From an uncultured Spirochaetaceae bacterium (lineage in GTDB: Bacteria; Spirochaetota; Spirochaetia; SZUA-6; RPPD01), in assembly GCA_964514135.1 (NCBI GenBank), contig CAZEPL010000008.1, positions 5,701-69,700 of the forward strand: DNA of 64,000 bases, in the 5' to 3' direction. Made by a program: the position numbers and the translations under genes. Shown here in pieces: positions 40,256 through 49,771 of the stretch. Below the pieces are notes generated by a model. The model was not told where the DNA came from, did not search any database, and was given only the letters and a program-made list of their open reading frames with translations. How positions within the stretch are numbered: position 1 is the stretch's first letter; every line of letters begins with the position of its first letter.

Positions 40256-40267
40256 GTTCTTACCCGC

Positions 40268-40296
40268 TTGACGGTAAAGGCTTTTTCTCATAATCT
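40268..40296 (+). promoter_or_regulatory. Candidate sigma-70-type promoter (TTGACG-N17-TAATCT) ahead of the acidic-protein/fliA cassette
   Basis: TTGACG at 40268-40273, a 17-nt spacer, TAATCT at 40291-40296. Confidence 0.3.
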
Positions 40297-40326
40297 TTTA
40301 TTAAGGAGTGGTGGGAGATAAAATAT

Positions 40327-41166
40327 ATGATACGCTGGAATATAGCGGTATACTCAGGTTTAGGAGCTTTTTGTTTATCATTTATTATAGGAATATTGAG
40401 CGGGAATCCTTTTCTTGCTATTCTTTTTCGTGCTTTTATATTCGGTGTTATATTTGCAGGGATGGGAGCTGCGGGGAGCTTTATAATAAATAAGTTTTTA
40501 CCTGAAATATTTAATGCTGATTATAAACAGACAGCAGAAGCAACTAATAGTAAAAATGTTGATATCGTGCTTCCGGAAGAGAATCCTGTTTTAGGTGAAT
40601 CTTTATTTGAAGAAAAAGAAAAAAGTGGTGATGAGATTATTGAAGATGTTGACATGGCAGAAGAGCTGGAGACCGCAGAAGAGATTGAAGCAACTGATGG
40701 TATTGATGAGTATGAAGATGTTGATGCGGATGAGAATATAAATCAATATGAAGAGCCGGAAGAACAGGAAGAAGAAGTAACAGCAGAGGAAAAACTTGAA
40801 AACGGTTATGATAATATTGTCGTAGAAGAAATGGATCATGATAAAAATGAAAATATAGATGTAACGGATAAGACAAATCAAAAAAATCAGCTTCAGGAGC
40901 AGGCAGTTCAGGCTCCGGAAAGCGCTGAAGCAAGCTCTGAAAAAATAGCCGACGAAGAATTGGATGAGCTTCCGGATATGGGGGTATTGGAAAATTCATT
41001 TATGGTAATAAGCAGTGATGAGGGCTCAGAAAATAATCCTCTCGCCGGAGTAAAGTCACAACTTTCCGGTAAAATAACAAAAAAAGAAGATCCGGCGGTA
41101 TATGCACAAGCAGTGCGTACAATCATAAAAAGAGATGAGGAAGGACCAAAAAAATATGGCCGATGA
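40327..41166 (+). CDS. Hypothetical membrane protein: two N-terminal TM helices plus a long highly acidic (E/D-rich) low-complexity tail
   Basis: [24 protein letters not shown]...[24 protein letters not shown], then about 200 aa that are extremely E/D-rich. The 3' end overlaps the fliA start by 11 nt. Confidence 0.6.
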   Translation: MIRWNIAVYSGLGAFCLSFIIGILSGNPFLAILFRAFIFGVIFAGMGAAGSFIINKFLPEIFNADYKQTAEATNSKNVDIVLPEENPVLGESLFEEKEKSGDEIIEDVDMAEELETAEEIEATDGIDEYEDVDADENINQYEEPEEQEEEVTAEEKLENGYDNIVVEEMDHDKNENIDVTDKTNQKNQLQEQAVQAPESAEASSEKIADEELDELPDMGVLENSFMVISSDEGSENNPLAGVKSQLSGKITKKEDPAVYAQAVRTIIKRDEEGPKKYGR

Positions 41167-41944
41167 ACTTTTTAAAAAAAAGTCAGAGGAAGAGCTTTGG
41201 AGATCTTATAGAAAGAAAAAAGATCCCAAGATACGTGATTTCTTTGTTAAACAATATGCACCATTAGTAAAATATGTTGCAGGTAAAGTTGCCATAGGAA
41301 TGCCTCAAAATGTGGAGTTTGATGATCTGGTCGGTTATGGAGTATTCGGTTTGTTTGATGCGATAGAGAAATTCGATCCTGAAAAGCATGTAAAATTTAA
41401 GACATATGCCGTAACGCGAATTCGTGGATCTATCTTTGATGAATTGAGATCTATCGACTGGGTTCCCAGATCAGTAAGGCAAAAGACGAGAGAAGTAGAA
41501 GATACAATTTCTCACTTAGAAGGACAATTAGGAAGATCTGCTTCTGATAATGAAATTGCAAAGGCCTTAAATCTTACTATAGACGATTATCAAAATCTTA
41601 TGCTTAAAATCAGTGGTACCTCAATAATGTCGATTCATGATGTCTGGTATACCGGAGAGGATAATGATAAAATATCCATTGCAGAAAGCATAGAATCACC
41701 CTCAAGTCTTAATCCTGATACGATTGTAGAAAAAAACGAAATTAAGCGTGTTATTATTGAAGTTATTAATGAGCTTCCGGAAAAAGAGAAAAAAGTTCTT
41801 GTCCTTTACTATTATGAAGACTTAACTTTAAAGGAGATAGGTGAAGTACTCGATGTAACCGAATCGAGAGTATCACAGTTGCATACTAAGGCGATATTGC
41901 GCTTAAGAGCAAAACTTACGAGCTTAAAGAAGGGTATAATGTAA
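41156..41944 (+). CDS. fliA: Flagellar RNA polymerase sigma factor FliA (sigma-28/WhiG family)
   Basis: Region 2 ([37 protein letters not shown]). Region 4 HTH ([25 protein letters not shown]). Confidence 0.92.
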   Translation: MADELFKKKSEEELWRSYRKKKDPKIRDFFVKQYAPLVKYVAGKVAIGMPQNVEFDDLVGYGVFGLFDAIEKFDPEKHVKFKTYAVTRIRGSIFDELRSIDWVPRSVRQKTREVEDTISHLEGQLGRSASDNEIAKALNLTIDDYQNLMLKISGTSIMSIHDVWYTGEDNDKISIAESIESPSSLNPDTIVEKNEIKRVIIEVINELPEKEKKVLVLYYYEDLTLKEIGEVLDVTESRVSQLHTKAILRLRAKLTSLKKGIM

Positions 41945-41945
41945 A

Positions 41946-43895
41946 GTGATTAAAATAGATCAATTAAGAAAATATATGAAAACACTCTATGAAAAAGATA
42001 AAAAAAATAAAACCATACATGCAAAAGGAAAAACTTTAGACGATGCATTACGCGAAGCGGCTATTCAATTGGGATTACCAATAAAAAAGATAGAGTATGA
42101 AATTATCAAAAGAGGTACTAAAAAAGTACTCGGTATGGGCGGCGGAGAATGGGAACTTGTTGCTTATGCTGCAGCAGAAGACCTGGATGCAAAAGATATA
42201 TTTGAAGAAGAGATTGCTTTTGATATGAATCTCAAATCAGAATATCTTGAGAAGGCTAAAAATAAAGACGGCAAAATAAGTGTCCGCCTGCAGCCGGACG
42301 GTGTCTTTTTAAAAGTAAACAAACCTATAGGCAGCGGGAAAAAAGCAAATATTGCAGCTGCTAAAAATATAATTATGAAAAGAAATATCACAAGTTATGA
42401 CGAAGCGCTTGTCGATAAAGTTGTACGCTATGCAGACGATAAGTATGTTAAAATTGCCAATTTTGAATACAATCCCGGTCAAGATCCCGTTCTTTCGGTG
42501 AGTATTGCAGATATGGAGATGAAAGCTTTTTTACTTTTACAGGCACCGGGACCTGGTGGTGCAGATTTAGCCGCGGAAACAATAAAGGGTTATCTAAACA
42601 ATAATAGAGTTGTTTTCGGAATTAAAGAAGAGGTGCTAAGGAGTTTGCAAGAAAATCCTGTTTATAATGAAGAAATCCTGGTTGCCGAAGGTCAGAAACA
42701 AGCCAACGGAAACGATGCAAAACTAGTTTATAATTTCAAGACTGATCATACGACTATTATTTTTAAGGAAAAAAACGGTCGTGTGGATTTTAAGGACCTT
42801 AATTTAATTGAGAATGTAGTTGCCGGTCAGCAGTTGGCAAAAAAAGTACCGCCGGAACGCGGCAAAGAAGGACAGACAGTTACGGGAAAAACATTACCTG
42901 CAAAGCCCGGTAAAGATAGTACAATCGGAGTGGGAAAAAATGTAAAACTCTCGGAAGATGGAACGACAGTAATATCGGAAATCAACGGTCAGGTAATCCT
43001 CCTTAATGGAAAATTAAACGTAGAGCCCGTATACACAGTCCCGGGAGATGTAAATCTTCATACCGGTAATATTTTATTCTTGGGTACGGTTATAGTACGC
43101 GGAAATGTTGAAGACGGATTTTCAGTAAAAGCTGCGGGAAATATAGAGGTAATGGGGAATATCGGAAAAGCAATGCTTGATGCGGAAGGAGATATTATTG
43201 TACACCAAGGTATACTGGGCAAGAATGAAGGTAAAGTAAAATGTGGAAAAAATATATATGCAAAATTTATTGAGCATGCTTATGTTGAGGCAGAGAATAA
43301 TGTAATTGTAACCGATGGAATACTGCATTCATATGTCGATTCAAATAAAAAAATAATCTGTCAAGGAAGAAGAGCTTCGATTGTTGGAGGGAGACTACGG
43401 GCAGCAGAAGAAATTAATGCCAAAAACCTAGGATCGGTTGCAGGTGCTGAGACTATTTTAGAAGTAGGATATGATCCGAAAAGTAAGAAAAGACTCATAG
43501 AACTGCAGTCACAGAATGAGATATTAAGTAAAGAATTGGAAGAAATCGAGAGAAATGTAAACACATTAGAGAATCTAAAGAAGGTACAAAAAACACTACC
43601 GGAAGAAAAAGAGAAATATCTTATAGAACTCAATGAAAAGCGTATGAAAATATTATCGGAAATGAAAGAGATAAAGAACCAGATTGATGAAATAAAACAT
43701 CACCTCGCATCGCTTAAAGTGAAAGGTAAAATATCAGCCTCTGAAAGAGTATTCCCCGGAGTGAAGATATATCTTAAAGATGTTATGGATAAAGTTCGTG
43801 TAGAACAAAAATCGGTTACCTATATATTAGAGGGTAAGCGTATAAGGATGACAAAATATGAGCCTGTAGAAGGAGAATACTTGAGGAAAAGATAA
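41946..43895 (+). CDS. FapA/DUF342-family protein (Jag-N-like N-terminal domain, beta-helical repeat core, C-terminal coiled coil)
   Basis: GTG start 2 nt after the fliA stop. N-terminal KTLDDALREAAIQLGLPIKKIEYEII (Jag_N-like). Repetitive GN-rich beta-solenoid segment (GNILFLGTVIVRGNVEDGFSVKAAGNIEVMGNIG...). Coiled-coil tail. Confidence 0.65.
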   Translation: MIKIDQLRKYMKTLYEKDKKNKTIHAKGKTLDDALREAAIQLGLPIKKIEYEIIKRGTKKVLGMGGGEWELVAYAAAEDLDAKDIFEEEIAFDMNLKSEYLEKAKNKDGKISVRLQPDGVFLKVNKPIGSGKKANIAAAKNIIMKRNITSYDEALVDKVVRYADDKYVKIANFEYNPGQDPVLSVSIADMEMKAFLLLQAPGPGGADLAAETIKGYLNNNRVVFGIKEEVLRSLQENPVYNEEILVAEGQKQANGNDAKLVYNFKTDHTTIIFKEKNGRVDFKDLNLIENVVAGQQLAKKVPPERGKEGQTVTGKTLPAKPGKDSTIGVGKNVKLSEDGTTVISEINGQVILLNGKLNVEPVYTVPGDVNLHTGNILFLGTVIVRGNVEDGFSVKAAGNIEVMGNIGKAMLDAEGDIIVHQGILGKNEGKVKCGKNIYAKFIEHAYVEAENNVIVTDGILHSYVDSNKKIICQGRRASIVGGRLRAAEEINAKNLGSVAGAETILEVGYDPKSKKRLIELQSQNEILSKELEEIERNVNTLENLKKVQKTLPEEKEKYLIELNEKRMKILSEMKEIKNQIDEIKHHLASLKVKGKISASERVFPGVKIYLKDVMDKVRVEQKSVTYILEGKRIRMTKYEPVEGEYLRKR

Positions 43896-44216
43896 ATGTC
43901 TATTCTGCCCATTGACCTCCAGATTCTTTTCTCTCAGATGAATCAAGTGGGAAAAGAGCAGGCCATACAGAAAGATGGCAATGCAATTCATCAGTCACTT
44001 CAGGGGATGGAGCTGGTAAAAAATACCGAGCAGAAAGATAGTTCTGTAAATCAAAGTAAAGATATCGGCGAAGGCTTAGAAAAAATAAAGAATGAAGAAA
44101 ACAAAAAGAAGGAAGAGCGGGAAAGAGAAAAAAATGAAAAAAAAGAACAAGCAGAGCATAAAAAAACAGTATTTGCAGATCCTGATTTAGGTAAGCATAT
44201 TGATATAATGGGATAA
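43896..44216 (+). CDS. Hypothetical small K/E-rich protein
   Basis: 106 aa. ATG directly abuts the FapA stop. Highly charged (NEENKKKEEREREKNEKKEQAEHKK). No recognisable motif. Confidence 0.45.
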   Translation: MSILPIDLQILFSQMNQVGKEQAIQKDGNAIHQSLQGMELVKNTEQKDSSVNQSKDIGEGLEKIKNEENKKKEEREREKNEKKEQAEHKKTVFADPDLGKHIDIMG

Positions 44217-44226
44217 TAAACATTTT

Positions 44227-44676
44227 ATGGAATCCTTTCTTTTTATTATAGCATGTCAGTTGATCAGTTTTTTATTACTCTATATTTTTTTAAAGCGCAA
44301 ACTCGATAAGCAATATTCGAAACAGGGTCAAATTGAAAGCATTGAACATGAAGTTGAAAAGATAATTATCGAGTTAAATCAAACAACAGCACGTAATATA
44401 GGATTGATTGAAAATAAGTTAAAAGAAATCGAAGCACTGATGGGTACCACGGACAAAAGACTGAATATTCTTAGGCGTGAAAGCGAGAAGCATGATTTAA
44501 GTAAAAAAGTATATAATAATCTTATGGAAAGCAGTAATCAACATAAGAACAGGAACATCAAAGATGAAGTAATCAGACTCTATTCCAGCGGCTTTCCATC
44601 CGAGATGATTGCCAATCAGTTAGGAGCTTCAGTCGGAGAAGTTGAGCTTATTATATCCTTAGCAGAGAAAAAGTAA
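44227..44676 (+). CDS. Hypothetical single-pass membrane protein with coiled coil and C-terminal HTH-like segment (positional analog of B. subtilis SwrB)
   Basis: N-terminal TM helix (FLFIIACQLISFLLLYIFL), a coiled coil, and a C-terminal DEVIRLYSSGFPSEMIANQLGASVGEVELIISLA segment. Confidence 0.5.
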   Translation: MESFLFIIACQLISFLLLYIFLKRKLDKQYSKQGQIESIEHEVEKIIIELNQTTARNIGLIENKLKEIEALMGTTDKRLNILRRESEKHDLSKKVYNNLMESSNQHKNRNIKDEVIRLYSSGFPSEMIANQLGASVGEVELIISLAEKK

Positions 44677-44700
44677 TAACTATACTGCTCTCTTTCTACC

Positions 44701-44731
44701 TTGACAACATAATAAATAATAGGTATATAAT
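44701..44731 (+). promoter_or_regulatory. Strong sigma-70-type promoter for the ffh-rpsP-rimM-trmD-rplS operon (TTGACA-N17-TATATAAT)
   Basis: TTGACA at 44701-44706, a 17-nt spacer, extended -10 TATATAAT at 44724-44731. Confidence 0.55.
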
Positions 44732-44757
44732 CATAGGTTAGGTAGTTTGGTGGTACA

Positions 44758-46086
44758 ATGTTAGATGGATTAAGTAAAAAATTTACAGATATTATTCGAC
44801 ACATAAGCGGCAAGGCAGCAATAAGCGAGAAGAATATTGAAGCTGTAATTAATGAAATTAAAATTGCCTTACTTGAAGCGGATGTTAATTTACGGGTAGT
44901 AAGAAGATTTGTAAATCATACTACTGAAGACGCATTGGGCGCGAAGGTAGTATCGGGAGTAACTCCAAGTCAACAGTTTATTAAAATAATTCATGACCGT
45001 CTGGTAGGGCTGTTGGGCGAAAACAGGCAGGAGCTCATGTTAAAAGGACCGGATACTCAATCCGTAATTCTTTGTTTGGGGCTTCAAGGTTCGGGTAAAA
45101 CTACTACTGCCGCAAAATTGGCAAGTCTGCTAAAGAGTAAAAACAGAAAAACTCTCTTGGTAGCAGCGGATCTTATAAGGCCGGCTGCAATCGAGCAGTT
45201 ATCAATATTGGGCAAACAGGTCGGAGTGGAAGTATATAAGGAAGAAAAAAGCAATCCGCTTAAAGTAGTAAAAAACTCTATTAAATATGCTGAAAAAAAT
45301 CAGTTTGATACGATCATCATCGATACATCCGGGAGATTACATATTGATGAGTATATGATGAAAGAAATTGAAGATATTAAAAAGACAGCCAAGGCGGATG
45401 AAGTACTATTGGTTGCCGATGCTATGACAGGACAACATGCGGTAGATATTGCCAAAGAATTTAATGAAAGAGTAGAAATTACAGGTGTTATTTTAACTAA
45501 ATTTGATTCTGATACCCGCGGCGGTGCCGCTCTTTCTATAAAAAGCGTTACCGGAAAATCGATAAAGTTTATAGGGGTTGGAGAAAAGATAGAAGATATT
45601 GAGCCTTTTTATCCGGATCGAATTGCCTCACGCATATTAGGTATGGGCGATATTGTAACACTGGTGGAAAAGGCACAAGAAACAATAGAGCTTAAAGAAG
45701 CCGAAGATTTACAGAGAAAGATTGAATCAAAAACATTTGATTTTGAAGATTATTTGGATCAATACAGAAGAATGAAAAAAATGGGCAATATGCGCTCACT
45801 TATTGAAATGATTCCCGGTTTAAAAGGAAATATCGATCCTGATGGCATCGATATGAACGATATGAAAAGAGAAGAGGCAATAATTCTTTCTATGACAAAA
45901 AAAGAAAGGAAAAATCCGCGAATTATTGGTCCGGGCAGACGGAAGAGAATCGCAAAGGGATCGGGAACAGCAGTGTTCGATGTAAATAAACTACTTAAGA
46001 AATTTGAAAAAACCAAAGCTATGATGAAGAAAGTAAGTAAAAATAAAGAATATCAAACACAAATGATGTCTCGTTTAGGCATGTAG
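44758..46086 (+). CDS. ffh: Signal recognition particle protein Ffh (SRP54)
   Basis: N domain, G domain (GLQGSGKTTTAAKLA, DTSGR), and methionine-rich M domain (RRMKKMGNMRSLIEMIPG). Confidence 0.96.
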   Translation: MLDGLSKKFTDIIRHISGKAAISEKNIEAVINEIKIALLEADVNLRVVRRFVNHTTEDALGAKVVSGVTPSQQFIKIIHDRLVGLLGENRQELMLKGPDTQSVILCLGLQGSGKTTTAAKLASLLKSKNRKTLLVAADLIRPAAIEQLSILGKQVGVEVYKEEKSNPLKVVKNSIKYAEKNQFDTIIIDTSGRLHIDEYMMKEIEDIKKTAKADEVLLVADAMTGQHAVDIAKEFNERVEITGVILTKFDSDTRGGAALSIKSVTGKSIKFIGVGEKIEDIEPFYPDRIASRILGMGDIVTLVEKAQETIELKEAEDLQRKIESKTFDFEDYLDQYRRMKKMGNMRSLIEMIPGLKGNIDPDGIDMNDMKREEAIILSMTKKERKNPRIIGPGRRKRIAKGSGTAVFDVNKLLKKFEKTKAMMKKVSKNKEYQTQMMSRLGM

Positions 46087-46122
46087 TGATATTATAGATA
46101 ATCTATGAAGGAGGTTAACACT

Positions 46123-46368
46123 TTGAGTGTAAAAATAAGGTTAAAAAGACTTGGAACAAAAAAGCGACCTTATTATCGAATTGTGGTGATGGATTCACGT
46201 GAGCCTCGTGATGGGCGCTCACTTGAGGAAGTTGGATTCTATCATCCGATAGAAGTTGAAGAAAAACAACTCATGATAAAGGAAGATCGTATAAATGAGT
46301 GGTTACAAAAAGGGGCAAAACCGAGTCACACCGTTAAAAAACTCTTAAAACGAAAGAATATTCAATAA
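46123..46368 (+). CDS. rpsP: 30S ribosomal protein S16
   Basis: TTG start after an AAGGAGG RBS gives MSVKIRLKRLGTKKRPYYRIVV. The ORF-track start at 46105 reads through the RBS. Confidence 0.93.
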   Translation: MSVKIRLKRLGTKKRPYYRIVVMDSREPRDGRSLEEVGFYHPIEVEEKQLMIKEDRINEWLQKGAKPSHTVKKLLKRKNIQ

Positions 46369-46401
46369 TTTTAAACACTTAATATATGAAAGGAGTTAAT
46401 C

Positions 46402-46635
46402 GTGGAGAAAGATCTTGTTGAGTACATTGCAAAAGCACTGGTTGATGACCCGAGTGGAGTTAATGTTAATGTTATTGAAGGAGAAAAATCAACCATCCTG
46501 GAACTTAAAGTCGCCGATGGCGACATCGGGAAGGTCATTGGTAAACATGGTAGAATTGCCAAAGCAATTAGAACCATATTAAGTGCTGCGGCAACAAAAA
46601 AGGAGAAGAGGGTAGTATTAGAGATCCTGGATTAA
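46402..46635 (+). CDS. KH-domain RNA-binding protein (YlqC/UPF0109 family)
   Basis: GTG start. [20 protein letters not shown]-type motif. Conserved position after rpsP. Confidence 0.85.
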   Translation: MEKDLVEYIAKALVDDPSGVNVNVIEGEKSTILELKVADGDIGKVIGKHGRIAKAIRTILSAAATKKEKRVVLEILD

Positions 46636-46655
46636 GTGATTTAATCGCAGTTGGG

Positions 46656-47135
46656 ATGGTTCTCTCGAGTTATGGCACAAAAGGTTTTTTAAAAGTAAAG
46701 AGTTTTTCGGGAGAAACCAAACATTTTTTTAAAATTCAAAAAGTGTATTTACTAAAAAATAAACAATATGAAACTTTTTTTATAGAAAAGATTCAAAACG
46801 CCCATAAAGCGCTTTTAATAAAAGTGCAGGGTATTAATTCACCTGAGCAGATTAATAAATATCTCAGGTGTGAAATATGGGTAGAAAAGAAATATGCAAG
46901 TCCTTTACATAAGGGCGAATATTATATCAGCGATCTTTATAAATGTAATGTTTTTTTAAAAAGGAAAATGGTGGGACATGTCAAATCCGTATGTGAAGGC
47001 GCACATGCAGATCTGCTTGAAGTATTAGATGAGAATAATAAATTAATTATAATACCATTTTTGGATCATTTTATCGGAAAGGTTGATATAAAAAATCAAC
47101 GTATTTATTTAAGAGAGGATTGCATGCTGCTGTGA
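46656..47135 (+). CDS. rimM: 16S rRNA processing protein RimM
   Basis: Conserved position between the KH protein and trmD. N-terminal beta-barrel-like GxxxKxxG pattern (YGTKGFLKVKSF). Confidence 0.75.
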   Translation: MVLSSYGTKGFLKVKSFSGETKHFFKIQKVYLLKNKQYETFFIEKIQNAHKALLIKVQGINSPEQINKYLRCEIWVEKKYASPLHKGEYYISDLYKCNVFLKRKMVGHVKSVCEGAHADLLEVLDENNKLIIIPFLDHFIGKVDIKNQRIYLREDCMLL

Positions 47136-47818
47136 TTTTTACGGTCATCACTCTTTTTCCTGAGGTGTTTAAAGAATTTTTAGGCTGCTCTATAATTGGC
47201 AGGGCTCTTGAAAAAGAGTTAGTATGGGTAAACCTGGTAAACTTAAGGGATTATGCATATGATAAGCATAAGACCTGTGACGACAGCCCTTATGGAGGCG
47301 GTGCCGGTATGGTGCTCAAGGCAGAACCGTTGGCTTTAGCTCTAAATGCAGTAGGAGTAAAAGGAAAAAGAATTATTTATCCGTCAGCAGGCGGGAGACT
47401 GCTTAATCAAGAGAGAGCAGCACAGTTGGCAGCCGAAATAGAATTAGTTATCGTTTGCGGGCATTACGAAGGTATTGATCAAAGGATAATTGATACATAT
47501 ATTACAGATGAGATATCTATTGGTGATTATATTGTTTCATCCGGAGAAACAGCTGCTATGGTAATGATAGATGCCATAACACGATTATTAAAGGGTGTGA
47601 TTAGTGAAGATTCATTAGAGGAAGAAAGCTTCCAACAAGGTCTTTTAGAATATCCGCAATATACGAGACCGAGAGAAATATTGGGCTTAAAAGTTCCGGA
47701 AGTATTGTTGAACGGAAACCATAAAGAAATACAAAAATGGCGTTTGGAACAGAGTTTTAAAAAAACGCTCAAAAATAGATCTGATTTAATTACGGAAAAC
47801 AATTTACAGGAAAGCTAA
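47120..47818 (+). CDS. trmD: tRNA (guanine37-N1)-methyltransferase TrmD
   Basis: SPOUT knot motifs (IFTVITLFPEVF, DDSPYGGGAGMVLK, VCGHYEGIDQR). Confidence 0.95.
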   Translation: MHAAVIFTVITLFPEVFKEFLGCSIIGRALEKELVWVNLVNLRDYAYDKHKTCDDSPYGGGAGMVLKAEPLALALNAVGVKGKRIIYPSAGGRLLNQERAAQLAAEIELVIVCGHYEGIDQRIIDTYITDEISIGDYIVSSGETAAMVMIDAITRLLKGVISEDSLEEESFQQGLLEYPQYTRPREILGLKVPEVLLNGNHKEIQKWRLEQSFKKTLKNRSDLITENNLQES

Positions 47819-47846
47819 GAAAAATAAATAAGAAGGGAGAAAAGAA

Positions 47847-48476
47847 ATGGATCTTATAAAGGCTTGTGAAGCAGAACAGATAAGAGATGATATAAAGAAT
47901 TTTAATATTGGTGATACGGTTAAAATTCATTTCAAAATCATTGAGGGGAAAACAGAGAGGGTACAAGTATTCGAAGGTCTGTGCATAGCAAAGAAGAATA
48001 CAGGTATTAGGAAAACTTTTACCGTAAGGAAGATATCCTATGGGATTGGCGTGGAGAGAACCTTCCCTCTGCATTCACCCAAAATTGTAAATGTAGAAAT
48101 TATTCGGGTTGGACGTGTAAGAAGAGCAAAACTTTACTATATCCGGAGCAGGGTGGGTAAAGCTGCCAAAGTAAAAGAGTATATTCAGAAAAAGGAATCC
48201 AAAGAAACTCTTAAGAAGAGTAAAAAAGCCACGAAGACCAAACCAGCTGAAATTGAAGCTGTAAAAGAAACGGTACAACAAGAACAAAAAGTAAAGACGG
48301 AGGGCAAGACCAACTCAATTAAAACGAAAACTATGGTCAAGAAAGAGACCGAAGATACAAAAGTTAAAAAAGCGACCACGGAGTTAAAAACCAAAAAAGA
48401 GACTAAAGAAACTGCAGTTAAAAAGAAAGCTGCTCCTACGGTAATAAAAGAGGATAATAAGAAAAAAGAGCAATAA
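47847..48476 (+). CDS. rplS: 50S ribosomal protein L19 with roughly 90-aa lysine-rich C-terminal extension
   Basis: The L19 core spans residues 1 to about 115 ([23 protein letters not shown]...[13 protein letters not shown]...RRAKLYYIR). It is followed by a K/E/T-rich tail ([27 protein letters not shown]...[18 protein letters not shown]). Confidence 0.9.
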   Translation: MDLIKACEAEQIRDDIKNFNIGDTVKIHFKIIEGKTERVQVFEGLCIAKKNTGIRKTFTVRKISYGIGVERTFPLHSPKIVNVEIIRVGRVRRAKLYYIRSRVGKAAKVKEYIQKKESKETLKKSKKATKTKPAEIEAVKETVQQEQKVKTEGKTNSIKTKTMVKKETEDTKVKKATTELKTKKETKETAVKKKAAPTVIKEDNKKKEQ

Positions 48477-49492
48477 TGGATCCAATTGATATAGACAGAA
48501 ATGTCCAAATAAAATTAACCGCCGGATTTCAAGCTGCCCTGAAATCCGGCGATTTTGTTTATATAAGTGTTATAAAAAAAGTGGCCGTTCATAAATGGGC
48601 AATTGGTATCCATGGGAAAACCGTGCCTGCCTATTCAGATATTGAGCTGCAACCTGGTGATATAATTAAGGCTCAGGTGCGTATTCAGGGTAATAAAATA
48701 AATCTAAAATTAGTAGAAGATAAAGAAAGCTTATTACAGGAAAAATTAATACATCAGGGCATAGCAAACGATAAACTTTCTTTACTTATTATCTCCAGCT
48801 TAATAAAAGGTGGATTGGCAGTAGACGCCCATATTATAAGTAAAATAAAGCAGTTATTAAAAACACTTAAAAAAGAGGACAGAGGTATAATTGCATTGCT
48901 TATTCAGGTATTAAAAAAAGGCATTTCGTTGGATTCGCCACAGATTCATGAATTGTTATCACTGTTAAATTACGGTGAAAAGAGAAAAGAAAATAAGCAA
49001 CGAAAAAGAAAGCAAGAAAATGATTCGCACAAAGTCAAAGCAGAACAAGCAATAAAAGAGTCTATTATAAGGTGTGATGACAGTATCAATAATATACTGG
49101 CACTTTTTAATCAGCTCAAAGCGGAAGGTGAAAATTGGATTATCATTCCGTTTGATTTTAGCTTAGAACAAACTGATCTAAGCGGAACAATCAGATTGCT
49201 TTATGATGCATATAACAAAAAAGTATTAAAAGTGTGTGTGATTGTATGGGCAAATGAAGAACAAAAGTGGAGTTTTTTTATAAATTCTGAAAGCATACCC
49301 CGGACTATGACGATATATTGCAGTAAAAAGCATATGCTTAAGAAAGCAGCAGGCGGACTTCATGAATTAGCATTAAAATTAGATAACAACAATGTAAAAA
49401 TTGACGATACTAAATTTGAGGACGAAAATTTAGATGGTTTTTATCCCTTGGATGAGGTAAACTATTATAAAAGTATTAATACACTGCAATAG
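48476..49492 (+). CDS. YlqG-like protein (putative FliK-like, Flg_hook-type C-terminal region)
   Basis: Position after rplS and before a FlhB-C-like gene, as for B. subtilis ylqG-ylqH. The C-terminal segment (GTIRLLYDAYNKKVLKVCVIVWANEEQKWSFFI) shows the alternating pattern of FliK C-domains. The match is weak. Confidence 0.45.
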   Translation: MDPIDIDRNVQIKLTAGFQAALKSGDFVYISVIKKVAVHKWAIGIHGKTVPAYSDIELQPGDIIKAQVRIQGNKINLKLVEDKESLLQEKLIHQGIANDKLSLLIISSLIKGGLAVDAHIISKIKQLLKTLKKEDRGIIALLIQVLKKGISLDSPQIHELLSLLNYGEKRKENKQRKRKQENDSHKVKAEQAIKESIIRCDDSINNILALFNQLKAEGENWIIIPFDFSLEQTDLSGTIRLLYDAYNKKVLKVCVIVWANEEQKWSFFINSESIPRTMTIYCSKKHMLKKAAGGLHELALKLDNNNVKIDDTKFEDENLDGFYPLDEVNYYKSINTLQ

Positions 49493-49527
49493 GATGATTT
49501 TGATAAAATGGTGAGTGAATAGAGAAA

Positions 49528-49770
49528 ATGGAAAAAGCTGTTGCTCTTAAATACACCCGTGAACTTCCTGCTCCGTTCATCATAGCTAAAGGGAAAGGCG
49601 ATCTTGCACGCAAAATCAGGACAATAGCGGATGCTAATGGAATATCCATTGTAGAAAATCATATGTTAACTGAAGGACTTATTGAATTGGAATTGGGATC
49701 TTTAATACCAGAAGAGTATTATGAAATAATCGCAAAAATATTTGTCTTTGTAGCACAATTTGGAGTGTAA
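49528..49770 (+). CDS. Stand-alone FlhB C-terminal-domain homolog (YlqH/FhlB-like)
   Basis: 80 aa. [48 protein letters not shown]...[16 protein letters not shown] aligns with FlhB after the NPTH site. Compare this window's own FlhB (AVALEWERLIMAAPTLVAKGADMIAHKIKEIALENEVPVVENKPLAQALY...IPEKYYEVIATILAEIY). Confidence 0.85.
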   Translation: MEKAVALKYTRELPAPFIIAKGKGDLARKIRTIADANGISIVENHMLTEGLIELELGSLIPEEYYEIIAKIFVFVAQFGV

Positions 49771-49771
49771 A

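Noticed and set aside
40603-40999. Apparent short tandem repeats and minus-strand ORFs (92 and 120 aa) in the 40.6-41.0 kb region, considered as a possible repeat array or CRISPR
   Set aside because: The periodicity is GAA/GAT/GAG codon repetition encoding the E/D-rich tail of the +-strand acidic protein. No constant-length repeat/spacer architecture and no cas genes. Not CRISPR.
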